Shown here: in pieces, positions 21,504 through 32,072 of the stretch
Numbering within the stretch: the first letter of the stretch is position 1
Layout: every line of letters begins with the position of its first letter
NCBI GenBank assembly: GCA_964019425.1
Contig: OZ025788.1
Coordinates: forward strand, 1,364,001-1,428,000
Length of the DNA stretch: 64,000 nt
Reading direction: 5' to 3'
Source: Flectonema sp. DT1601
Lineage: Eukaryota
Made by a program: the position numbers and the translations under genes
Notes under the pieces: generated by a model
What the model saw: the letters and a program-made list of their open reading frames with translations, nothing else
Told to the model about the DNA's origin: nothing
Database searches by the model: none

Positions 21504-23735
21504 ATGGCTGCAACGCCCGCGCACTTGCTACCGTTTAGCGATATATCATCCAATGTGTTAAATGGTACTTTGCTTTATGATATGGTGCATAGAAAAACTG
21601 GAATAAGAGTTTGCTATGTTCCGAGGAAGTATGGAGTAGAAACTACAACCAGTATCTCATTTAGGAATCGAAGTAGCAGAGATGGTGTAGGGCATGTGTT
21701 AGAGCACTGTGTGCTCAATGGAAGTAAGAAATATCCGGTTGAGAATGCGTTCTTCTCCACTGCATCAAGGGTACTCACAACCCACTGTAGCGCTATTACG
21801 ATGCCGACATTTTCAGCATTCACAGTTACAACACCACAACCTGGTAGGTGGTTACCAGTTTTAGTAGATTTGTTATTCAATCCTTTGTTATCTTCGGGTG
21901 GTGTAATTAGAGAAAAGATTATCGCTGCGAATGAGGTAAGCTCTTCTATGAAGAGTCCAGACTATCACCTCATCAATATTCTTCAGAATCGACTGCAGCC
22001 ACGTTTTCCTCACCCGGCGGGTGGTATTCCTCATCACATAGTAGGTGTCACTCCTGATGAGGTCCGTTTGCATCATAAAAAGAATTATCATCCTCGTCAT
22101 TGTATTTTCTCTGTTCTGTCTCACTCTCCTAGCGTCTTACTGGATGTCGATAGAGCGTTGCGAGTAGTTGATGTCGGTATGACAGATCCCTTACCGACCA
22201 CAGTCAAGTCATACTCTCGAAGTAAGAACCAATACATTAATGAGAGTCATCCGGCTGTTGTGAGCCCAGCTGTTACTTCAGCTTGGAAAATACAAAACCC
22301 GACTGTCACAGATTCTGATGTCGAAACTTCAGCAAACTTGCTCTCTCCAAAAGTTGACAAAAAACTATTTACTTGTTGTAGCCCTGACACAGACTTACCC
22401 ATTCCTATGTTCAGGTCAACATGCACTGCTACGGATGCTGACGCATCTCAGTTAGAAGTTCAGAAACAAGCAAAGATACAATTAGTTAAAAGAGAAGAAA
22501 TAAAAAGTGCAATAAAAAGTAACTCAGATATGTGGGATCGAGTACTTGCTGTAGCACCTTATCATTATGCGACGGCGCTCAATAAGAGCTGGGCGAATGG
22601 GAAGTTTTCTATTCCGGGTTCTGGTTCTTATAAAGGAGTTAGTGAATGTCTGAAACAGATTTCAGAAGAACAACCTGATTGCGTTGTTCGTCTTGTTGAG
22701 GGTCCAACTGATATACCGAAGCTTACCATACCGCGGGGAGGAGCTGTATCTCTGTCTTCAAAAAATTATTTACTCCCATCAACTACTGAATCAGAGGTAC
22801 GAGAGTACTATAAACACATTGCAGAACACGCTCCGGTATTTAAAGAAATTCCAACATGGGTTGTTCCGGAAGCAGCTCAGACAATTCTTGAGATCTGCCG
22901 AACAGTTTCTGATCCTTCCTCTCTTCATAGGATAGAAGTTAGCGATGATGGTAACGTCATATTTGAAACACCAGATACGAATGTTCAAGAAGCTCTTCAA
23001 AAGGTATTTCAAACAATTCTTAATATCCCAAAGAGAGATCTTCAAACCATCATAGAATCACTTCACTCAAGGTTATCATCAATAAACTTACATGGAGAAG
23101 CACTACTCAATGCTGCAACTGCAGCAAGTTCCCTTTCTATTATACAAAAGCAACTGTACTCCGTGGTTGGTCCACCACATATACATTTCATCAAAGAGCT
23201 AAAGAGAGTATTTGATACTCAAGGTGTTTCAGCTGTTAGAAGGATATTGCTCAAATCACTGTGTGGTGTTCGTAATTGTGATAAGTCTCAAGATGGTGGT
23301 GTAAAAAATGATAACAGTGTTGGAGTGTCAATCCGTAACACTGGAAGCAGAAATGATCCCAACATTATCCTGGGATGTAGAATCCTGGCAGGTGAGTTGC
23401 ATACTCTCTTGAGAGAGCGTCGAGGTTGCTACTCAACAGTTGCCTCTGTTGTTGGAGATGCCATATGGTGCGGAACTGCTGCAGATCCAACACCGCAGGT
23501 ATCTGCGAACATCATTCTGTCTGCTGTTCGTTCCATTCCAAAGTTACTATCGAGTGGTGTTTCTCACAGTAGTCTTCGAATGATTAAGATCGCTGCCTTG
23601 CAAGAACTCGCTCATGAGAATCGCCTGACTCCTTCACTTATTACTGGGCTCTGCAGTGCCACTCCCCAATCGATATCTGCAGCGTGGAACGCATTCGTTT
23701 CGTTGAATGTGAAGGATGCGTCATCGACTGTTTAA
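21504..23735 (+). CDS. Peptidase M16 family protein (M16C/presequence protease-like, divergent)
   Basis: Inverted zinc motif GVGHVLEHCVLNGSKKYPVENAF, GGIP, YHPRHC. Confidence 0.8.
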   Translation: MAATPAHLLPFSDISSNVLNGTLLYDMVHRKTGIRVCYVPRKYGVETTTSISFRNRSSRDGVGHVLEHCVLNGSKKYPVENAFFSTASRVLTTHCSAITMPTFSAFTVTTPQPGRWLPVLVDLLFNPLLSSGGVIREKIIAANEVSSSMKSPDYHLINILQNRLQPRFPHPAGGIPHHIVGVTPDEVRLHHKKNYHPRHCIFSVLSHSPSVLLDVDRALRVVDVGMTDPLPTTVKSYSRSKNQYINESHPAVVSPAVTSAWKIQNPTVTDSDVETSANLLSPKVDKKLFTCCSPDTDLPIPMFRSTCTATDADASQLEVQKQAKIQLVKREEIKSAIKSNSDMWDRVLAVAPYHYATALNKSWANGKFSIPGSGSYKGVSECLKQISEEQPDCVVRLVEGPTDIPKLTIPRGGAVSLSSKNYLLPSTTESEVREYYKHIAEHAPVFKEIPTWVVPEAAQTILEICRTVSDPSSLHRIEVSDDGNVIFETPDTNVQEALQKVFQTILNIPKRDLQTIIESLHSRLSSINLHGEALLNAATAASSLSIIQKQLYSVVGPPHIHFIKELKRVFDTQGVSAVRRILLKSLCGVRNCDKSQDGGVKNDNSVGVSIRNTGSRNDPNIILGCRILAGELHTLLRERRGCYSTVASVVGDAIWCGTAADPTPQVSANIILSAVRSIPKLLSSGVSHSSLRMIKIAALQELAHENRLTPSLITGLCSATPQSISAAWNAFVSLNVKDASSTV

Positions 23736-23893
23736 TAGTTGTGTTCATTAACTTTTCTTTTACTTCTAAAAATATTTCTCTAAACAGTAACATGTAATGA
23801 ATTACTTAGGTAGTGTAGCTAACCCAGTGAGTGTATGTATTCCTCGTGTGTAACTGTCATGTTTTTACTATTCTTTTAGGATGACTCCCCGTA

Positions 23894-26800
23894 ATGTCTG
23901 TGGAACTTGATGGAAATGTGAGGCCTATTTCTTACAATGTTACCATACTCCCTAACATGTCATGGGGTGAGTCGCAGCCTCCAACGACGATGGACTGCAG
24001 GATGACAATGAGCTGGGAGGCACAGGAACCAACTAATCATCTTATGGTCCACTGCTGTGATATTATCTTTCAAGATATAGAGGTAGAAATTGAGGGTAAA
24101 GTAATTGAAATCGGAGACTTGACTTTACTATCGGACAAACCAAGAGAGTTAGTCAGAATTGAATTTAATTTGATCAGTGGAACTAGTGGAATCCTCCGTA
24201 CTAAACATACTGCTCAACTACGTGGGTTAACATCTAAAGGTGGAGTGTGCGTAAGTCAACAGAACTCAACACCAGTCATGATGACGCACTTCGAACCTTT
24301 ATGTGCTAGGTCACTAATACCGTGTTTTGATTTCCCTTCAATGAAGGCGAGATTTCAACTAACGGTAATAAAAGAACATATTCCTTCACATTATAAGATA
24401 TTATCAAATACTCCTGTTCAAGAAGATTCCAGATCACATGTTGTATTTGAGCAGACTACTCCTATCTGTACTTATTTATTCGCTTTTGTTATCGCAGACC
24501 TTCACAGCATATCAACTATAAGTAGTTCTGGTATTACTCTGTCAGTGTATACTCCAAGAACACGTAATATTGAAGATGGGAGGCAAAGTTTGCAAATACT
24601 TCAAAAAACTATTTCATTTTTTGAGCAATATTTTGATCTGAGATTAGAGATGTCTAAATTAGACATAATTGGTATACCAGTACTGCCAGCGATAGCAATG
24701 GAGAATCATTGCTGTTTGGTATTCCGATTAAATTATCTTTTAATATCAGAAGGTACTCCCCTAAGTAGATTTCAACGAATCGTTCGACTAATCGCTCATG
24801 AAGTCTGCCATCATTGGTTTGGTAATAGTACTTCACTTGATTCTTGGGACTCTGTTTGGTTGAAAGAGGGATTTGCTCGTTATTTGGAATACCTCTGCAC
24901 AGATAGTCTTTTCCCGAAATGGGGATTCTGGGGAGACTTTCAAATAGCTGTAGTTGAAGAGATGAAAATAGGCGATTGCGTTGATGTCCACAGAAGACCT
25001 TTGGAAGTACACGCCCCAACTGTCTCAGCTGTTATGAGATTATTTGATAAGGTGTGTTATGCAAAAGGTGCTTCACTAACTAGAATGATAAAAGGAATAA
25101 TGGGTGAATCTTCATTCAGGGAATCCATATCAAGTTTTCTCAAGACAACTGTAAATGGAACAGGATCTCCGAATGATTTATTCTCAATATTCGATAGTCA
25201 TGTTGCTTCTTCTCCTCCTATTCCAAACATGACTATTTCACAGTGGTTCGAACCTTGGAGAAATCAAGAGTCGCTACCTCTTGTTTGCATCAGGGAATCG
25301 AATAGAACTGAAATAGCAATTCTTACCATGAGGCATCCTGACATACTTCGGTGTGAAGATGGTGTTGTTGCTTCTGTATTTCCGGTTTTTATAACTTTTC
25401 AAATATGCATTAAAAAATCAGAAGGACTTGTGGTCGTTAGATCAGAACAAATTCTACTCCCACCGCACAGCACGAATGAAATTATTATAAGCATTCCAGA
25501 ACTACAAGACGGTAACTGTCTTGTTATCGCAAATACTGAAGCAATCACGTACTGTAGGTGTTTGTATGATGATAACTTAACAAATCGAATAATGTCAAAC
25601 TTCAGTAGTTTATCAGACTTAACTCGCTTAAACGTTGTACTTGATGCCTCTGCATTGCTACACGTTGGGACGATGGTCGGAGAGCGAAAACAACTTTTAA
25701 AAATGTATTTACCGTCTGGTATTGATCCTTTGTTTAAAGTCTTTCAGGCTGTAGGTGCAAGTAGTGAGACAGATAATTTTATAATCAATGCGACCGCAGC
25801 AGCAGCGATTGATCTTTTAGTTAAGGGTTGCCTTTGTAGTAATAAAGTGCAGTCATTTATTAGAGGAGCTTTTGAGCATCTGCTACCTGAAATAGAACGA
25901 GTCGCGTATTCAGATTTAGTAGTTTCAGAGTTTGGTAGTTTTGATAAGAAGAAACAGCTAACACCAGAAACAGCAGCAATGGTACTTCAGTCTTTAGGTT
26001 TCTGTGGTAGTCAAAGTGCTATGAAATTATCTGGTGAGTTACAGTTAGAATTAGTAAGACGAATGACAGAAACAACAACAACCGATAATCCAACATTCTT
26101 AATTGTAGCAATGGCTGCTGTTAAAACTAAAGTTCTACACGGAGGATTAGATGACTGGGGTGTCGCATGGTCTGTATATCAATGGGCTCAAACCACAGCA
26201 ATAAATGAACCAGACCCTGACACTGATCAAGGAGAAATGGGTACCCTTGATAACATTGTGTCTCCTCCTTTTCCAACTACAACATTTCCATTAGTAGGAT
26301 CTCTACCAGTTGGTTATAATCTTCTTAACGTCGCTTTAGAAACACTTTGCCTCTCTAAGACACCTGCGGTGAATGACTTTATTGTTTCACTTATTTTGGA
26401 AGATTCTAGACTGACTATAGATGGGGCTCACTTTTCCCTCGCACTCGGCTTGCTCATTAATTACACAGCGATTAGTGCTCTGCTGCCAAGGGTTGTAAAA
26501 ACAGTATGATAATTTAAAACAATGTTTTTTTTTTTTGTTGCACCGACGAAGTCGGAGAAGAAACTATTCAGATTAGGTGCAGTTATTTTTTATGTCATGT
26601 TATCTATTTCCCCGTGCGCCAGTAAAACTAGCTGCGATCAACAATTTCCGTATCTGACACTTTACTCATTAACATTGACTCTAAACGAGGACAAAACAGC
26701 GTCATCGTTTCTGGATAGTTTTCCTGGAGTACAAAGATGTCGAAGTATCTGCCAATCCGGTACATTGCTGGGGACAATTTTTACCCCTCCTACATGCCTA

Positions 26801-27522
26801 CCTTTTCCCATGTTGAAAGACGTAATGACTTTAGCTTCAAGGTATCCTTCAACTTGTGATACGAGGATATACACCCCGGCCATCCTTATCATAATATGCA
26901 ATGCCCTCCTTGCTCCATTTGTGATTAGTATCAGAAAAAGTTAGCAACCATCTTTTCAGCTGTGATGTCATACGCATGAAGCATATCATCTGACCCTCGA
27001 ATAATCACCACCTGTGGTATTCGCTCGATCCCATAATGTAGTCTGGTTTCATTTCGCATGGTATCTGGGTGAACGAATCTACTTTAACTTCACCTTTCCC
27101 TCGAAAGGGACTTCTCATGAACGGTTAAATCAACCGTTAATCATTTTGGTGGGAATCCTGTATGGGTTCTTGCTCTGCCTGTGTGCCGTCCTCGTCCTAC
27201 TTCCAAACTAGTTACGGTCAGCGTTGATCTATCATATTGTTAGCTGCTCAATGTTGTGTCCTCCCACCGGACTACTTATTGAAGCTATAGAGGTTTCTAT
27301 AGTAGGCTTTTCTAAATGGTCTTCACATTCTCTGTTAAAAAAATAACACTCAAAATAAAAAAAAAACAGAAATTCACATGGACACTAATAGTAGCGAGTC
27401 TCAATTATGGGGCAGTTGGTTGGCTAAGTGAACACAAAGGGCTTCACACACCCAGATTTCAAGGTATTATGGAGTCTAGAAAACTGTGCCTCGATAACTT
27501 ACTGAACTCTCTTGATGACTAA
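23894..27522 (+). CDS. M1-family (puromycin-sensitive-like) aminopeptidase; exons 23894-26503 and 27370-27522
   Basis: THFEP..ARSLIPCFD, IAMEN, HEVCHHWFGN...WLKEGFA, YAKGAS. Phase-0 intron GTATGA 26504...AAACAG 27369 continues into KFTWTL...LDD*. Confidence 0.85.
26525..27334 (-). mobile_element. Antisense poly(A)-tailed retroposed relic inside the M1 aminopeptidase intron
   Basis: T12 at 26525-26536. The minus strand ends CCGAC-TTC-GTCGG-TGCAAC-(A)12. Possible degenerate TSD ttaaaacaat (26514-26523) / ttaaaaaaat (27335-27344). Frames are interrupted by stops. Confidence 0.55.
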
Positions 27523-27902
27523 AATGAGTTCTCCACCAGTTGTAAAACCAGGTCACAGGGTACAACCGTACTGGGTGTTGGTTGCTAGCTCTTTTACTGG
27601 AGATGGAAATTGTTTTTGTTTTTTTATATATAAAAACTGAAAAAAATACGACAGTTGCGCTTCTTGCACAGCTGACACGTGCTTTTTTCATTTCAAGAAA
27701 CATGATGGTACTATGCCCCGTATTTCTTTTTCTTTTTTTATACTCACACCAGAATGAAAATAATTTTCTTCTTTAGTTTCACAGGCTGAGCTACATGAGA
27801 TTAGAAAGAAGTGAAGGAAGTGTTTATCCACCCAAATAACAAAGTAAAGTCACTTTCTTTCTCTTACAGCCATAACAAAGAAATGGAGTGAAGACTTAAA
27901 TA

Positions 27903-29465
27903 ATGAACCCGGTAGGGACTTTATTTGAAAACGGAGGTCGTCAGCAAAGTATGTACCAGCAAGCCACTGCCTTCAGTGAGGAAAGGGTAAAGCTTCCAGC
28001 TCCAAAACCTACGAATATCCCTGGAGTAAAACCTGGAACACAATTCTTTAAAACACCGAGTCTGGTGAGTGAAGATGGTGGTGACGGTTTACGACATCCA
28101 CATGGAACACAACCAACTTCTAGTGATAAAAAGTATAATGTACCAGACCCAAGACAGATGAATCAATTAGCTAGTGGTGGCTCTGTACCACTACCTCCAT
28201 ATATTGATCAATCACCATCACCTGTGAATCCTGTTAATGTTTTATTTGATTCAACGTATAGTGGTTCTCGTAGAGCAGAGGAAGCTGTGATGCCTATAAA
28301 GATGCCGAATAAGTCTCCAACAGTTTCCATGGATAGTAAAACACGACCACCTCAATCACAATTATTAAGAGTTGGATCTACTACAGCAGGTATAACTGGT
28401 AAAACTGCTCCTCCTGAAAGAAGGAGGAATAGTGTCAGCAGCTCAAGTAGGTCTCAAATTGATCAGCAGAGTACTCAAAGGCCACCACCGACGTATTCAG
28501 ATTCGAGTAGGAAACCAACTTCAGTTGGACTTCCTCATCCTGATTTCGTTCAATTCTCAGCCACACCCGGATCTGAGCCGTCACAACGACTGACTCGAAC
28601 ACAGCCGCAGAAACTACCTCCTCCTCCTCCTCCTCCACCTCAAAGAAGAAGAGAATCAAATCAAATGACATCCAACTCATCGATTAGTGATTCTGACTAT
28701 TCTGAAATCTCATCTTCAATGACTTTGATGGAGATGCAGGCGTCAAGAAGTCGTATTATCGCTGAAGTTAAAGTCATCCAACGAGACTTGAACGACATGG
28801 AAGTAACAGGCAACTCAAACCCAAGAGAACTCTCAAAGATGAGAAGGCGATTAGGAGAGTTGCAGGGAATCTTAAGGGAGTTGCTGTTGGATATGGAAGT
28901 TCATCAAAGAAGTCCCTGGAGAAAGAGATGGGATCATGGAGTTCCAAGCAACCGTTCAAAATCAAAAAGGAAAGAACGTGTTGGTATGAGACGAGAAAAG
29001 GGAGTGAGACCAATGGCAGTATCAGGTTCAACTACAGCAACTCAACAAGCAACAGATCATCAACGACTTGTAGCAGGACTGTTAGATAGACAACAGTCAG
29101 AAGTTGAAGCAGCTCGAATGAGATACGAAGAGCAAATCCGAAAACTTCAATCAACTCACTTATCAGAACAAAGTGCTCAACAACATCAAATGCAACGAGA
29201 ACAAGATAAATTATTAGAATATGAGCAGGCAATAGCTAAGGCTGGCGCTCTCAAACAACAACTCCAACTCGCTCAAGCAGAAGTCGTAAAGAACGAAACA
29301 GCTCTGCACGCTACTTCTTTAATGTTTAGTAATCCTCATAGAAGTCAGAGTTATTTAGAAGATGGATTACCTTCACATAATCACAATCATCATCTCTCTT
29401 TACCAACACCTTATCATTCATCTGTTCAGTCAGCTTCACCTGTTCGAGGAAGGCCTGCGAGATAA
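27903..29465 (+). CDS. Low-complexity Pro/Ser-rich protein with C-terminal coiled coils
   Basis: 520-aa ORF with an upstream pyrimidine tract and AG; no family recognised. Confidence 0.7.
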   Translation: MNPVGTLFENGGRQQSMYQQATAFSEERVKLPAPKPTNIPGVKPGTQFFKTPSLVSEDGGDGLRHPHGTQPTSSDKKYNVPDPRQMNQLASGGSVPLPPYIDQSPSPVNPVNVLFDSTYSGSRRAEEAVMPIKMPNKSPTVSMDSKTRPPQSQLLRVGSTTAGITGKTAPPERRRNSVSSSSRSQIDQQSTQRPPPTYSDSSRKPTSVGLPHPDFVQFSATPGSEPSQRLTRTQPQKLPPPPPPPPQRRRESNQMTSNSSISDSDYSEISSSMTLMEMQASRSRIIAEVKVIQRDLNDMEVTGNSNPRELSKMRRRLGELQGILRELLLDMEVHQRSPWRKRWDHGVPSNRSKSKRKERVGMRREKGVRPMAVSGSTTATQQATDHQRLVAGLLDRQQSEVEAARMRYEEQIRKLQSTHLSEQSAQQHQMQREQDKLLEYEQAIAKAGALKQQLQLAQAEVVKNETALHATSLMFSNPHRSQSYLEDGLPSHNHNHHLSLPTPYHSSVQSASPVRGRPAR

Positions 29466-29856
29466 CTATTGACATATACGTGTGAAGGTTGGATGGGATT
29501 CATCAATTATTGTCCAGCTCTTGTTTGAGATAAATGAAATCATTCATAATTAGACTATTAGAAAATAAAATGTAAGGACAATAAAAGTAAGGGGAAAAAA
29601 GAAGATGGAAACCTGAGAAAAAATGATTGTTTTCCGGTCTGAAGTTTTGCAACTGACGACAATTTGTTATATTAATTTCCTTTGTATTGTAAAGAGTTCT
29701 CGTTCTCTCCCTGATTCCCCTAAATTATGATTTGTGTCTGGTGATTTATTTGGTGAGTGTTGTTATTTTATTTTACGTTACTTCTCTCATCAGGTTGGGT
29801 GACAATCTTCTGTCAACTTTCTTTAGAATAGTTCAACTCCACTACACAGCTGAGAT

Positions 29857-30578
29857 ATGCCTCTTCCGTATGGAGAGAGGAATGGTGACATTAATGTGAT
29901 CCCATCACCTACACAGATATCAACCGCTGGTCCTCGTACGTCGATGGTATCAGGTCTTGTTGCACCAAAATCTCCATTGTGGTCACCTCATGTGAGAGAT
30001 AGAAATTCTCTTCGTCACATTCATTCGCAGACAAAGGAAGAGTCACCTCCACAACATGCTGATCCGATTAAAATCTATTCCTCGAGTGTCCATTCAGAAA
30101 CAACTAAAGAATGGAATCTCAAGAACCCAAACCTACGGCGGAGTACGTGGACTAAATTCCTGGCGTTAATGCTGCTGATTATTCCCTCGGGTGTATGTTT
30201 GGATTATTTTAATCATTTTTAAACAACTTGTTATTAAATAAAAGGAACAACAACTTCAACAGATTGCAATTCTCTCGGTAGCATTTGGTGCCGTATTGGC
30301 GGAGATAGAAGACTGTGCATTTGAAGATGTATGGTTTTATTTGTTTCTTAGGAAAACACAATACACTCGATAACAAACAACAGGGATTCTGGTTAGTTGC
30401 CACCATCCTGACGACTTCAACAGAACCTCTGGGAGGGGTAGTCGTACCAACAACTCCTGGAGGGAAGATATTCACTATTGTCTGCGGTACTTGGGGAATG
30501 GGACTCTTCGGCCTTCTTGTCGTGATATTCAGTTCTCCAGCAATGACTGTTGTCTATCACCATCTGAGACTGTGGTAA
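29857..30578 (+). CDS. Small 2TM/1P (Ion_trans_2-like) channel-like protein; exons 29857-30192, 30263-30328, 30384-30578 (198 aa)
   Basis: Two phase-0 GT-AG introns give TM1-FGAVLAEIEDCAFEDGFWLVATILTTSTEPLGGVVVPTTPGGKIF-TM2, matching K+-channel pore architecture without GYG. Confidence 0.7.
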
Positions 30579-30728
30579 CTTTATTCTAAACATTTACACC
30601 TCCCCGTTTGGTTTTTTTTATATTTTTTTTAACTTTAGAACTTCTTTCGGTCGTCCAGTTTTTTTCTTTTTAAAATTCGAACCCTTTCTGACCTGCCCAC
30701 TTTTGCAACAACAGTATTTAATAATAAA

Positions 30729-31769
30729 ATGTCGTGGAAAGCTCTCAAGGCATCCGTCACTCCAAAGTCTGGATCTATGATACATAGAAAAGATATCGAA
30801 GCTGAGAGGAAGAAAGCATACTTGGATGACCAAAATCAAAAAAAGAAAGCCAGAGATGAAAAACGAAAACAATGGATGATCTCTGAAGAAATTGAAGACA
30901 CACTAAATGAAGAAGAAGGAAAGGCTGGATACGTACCAAAACAGGAAGTAATAAAAAGACTAAGAGAACGGTCAGAACCAATTACCTTATTTGGTGAAAC
31001 CGAATTAGAAAGGCGAAAACGACTAAAAAGAATAGTAGCAGAAGAGTACGACAGAGGTGACTTGGGTAAAGGAACGACTAAAAAAGATCTCATCACCAAA
31101 GCAATGGAAGACACACTAGCAACTCAAAGACACAAATTAGAATCTGGTGTTAGTCAAGCAGAAGCAGAGGCAGCAGCTATGGTTGACATTCAAGATCAGC
31201 TTTCACAAAGAAGATTGAAATTAGAAAGCTCTTTAGAGAGCATGAGTGCCTTAGATGATATAAAGAATCCATCTCCAGCAGATATGAATCCTCAGAAATC
31301 ATCAAATTACGTAACTTTTTTTATAAATACGATTCTAGTAGAGTGGGACATCTCACTGCTGTCGAGATCAGCAGTTTTAAAAAAGAGTTTCAAAGGAAGA
31401 AATGAAAGTGCTCGATACGAAGAAACAGTTGTGTATCTGTCCCCGTTATTAAAAGGACTTGCAGCAAATCAAATTCCCGAGACTCAGGTCGCATCATTCC
31501 AAAAGATGGCTTTTCATGCTCTTCAAGGAGAGTATGTTAAGTCACATGATTTGTATCTTAAAATGTCTATTGGAACTGCCGCATGGCCACTTGGTGTGAC
31601 TCAAGTTGGTATCCACTCTCGAGTTGGTAGAGAAAGGATTAGTTCAAACAAACAGGCGCATATTTTAAATAATGACGTCCATCGTAAATTCATTTCTGGT
31701 TTCAAAAGACTAATCACCCAACGGCAGACATTACATCCTTCAGAACCCTCAAAGATGGTTGCTACGTAA
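30729..31769 (+). CDS. PRP18: Pre-mRNA splicing factor 18
   Basis: PRP4-like EVIKRLRERSEPITLFGE and Prp18 motif YLKMSIGTAAWPLGVTQVGIHSR...AHILNND...KRLIT. Confidence 0.93.
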   Translation: MSWKALKASVTPKSGSMIHRKDIEAERKKAYLDDQNQKKKARDEKRKQWMISEEIEDTLNEEEGKAGYVPKQEVIKRLRERSEPITLFGETELERRKRLKRIVAEEYDRGDLGKGTTKKDLITKAMEDTLATQRHKLESGVSQAEAEAAAMVDIQDQLSQRRLKLESSLESMSALDDIKNPSPADMNPQKSSNYVTFFINTILVEWDISLLSRSAVLKKSFKGRNESARYEETVVYLSPLLKGLAANQIPETQVASFQKMAFHALQGEYVKSHDLYLKMSIGTAAWPLGVTQVGIHSRVGRERISSNKQAHILNNDVHRKFISGFKRLITQRQTLHPSEPSKMVAT

Positions 31770-32072
31770 TGTAATTACCTTGTCTTCATTGTTTAGGTCT
31801 TTTATAATTCTTCTCATTTTAAAGAGAAGTAGTGACAGCATCCAAGAGAGACACTCACCGTGTTCATTAGGAGACCCTTCACTATATCAACGGCTAACCG
31901 TTTTCGGAGTAGCTGACTTCTTTAGTTAGAATTGATTACTTTATTAATTCTTTATCCAGGAAAGGAATCAAGAACAAATCTCCAACCTGTTCAGTAAAAC
32001 TTAACTACTATACAAAAATGTTAATTCAACAAGGTGGGGAGGGATAAACCTTTATTTAAAAAAAAAAAGAAA

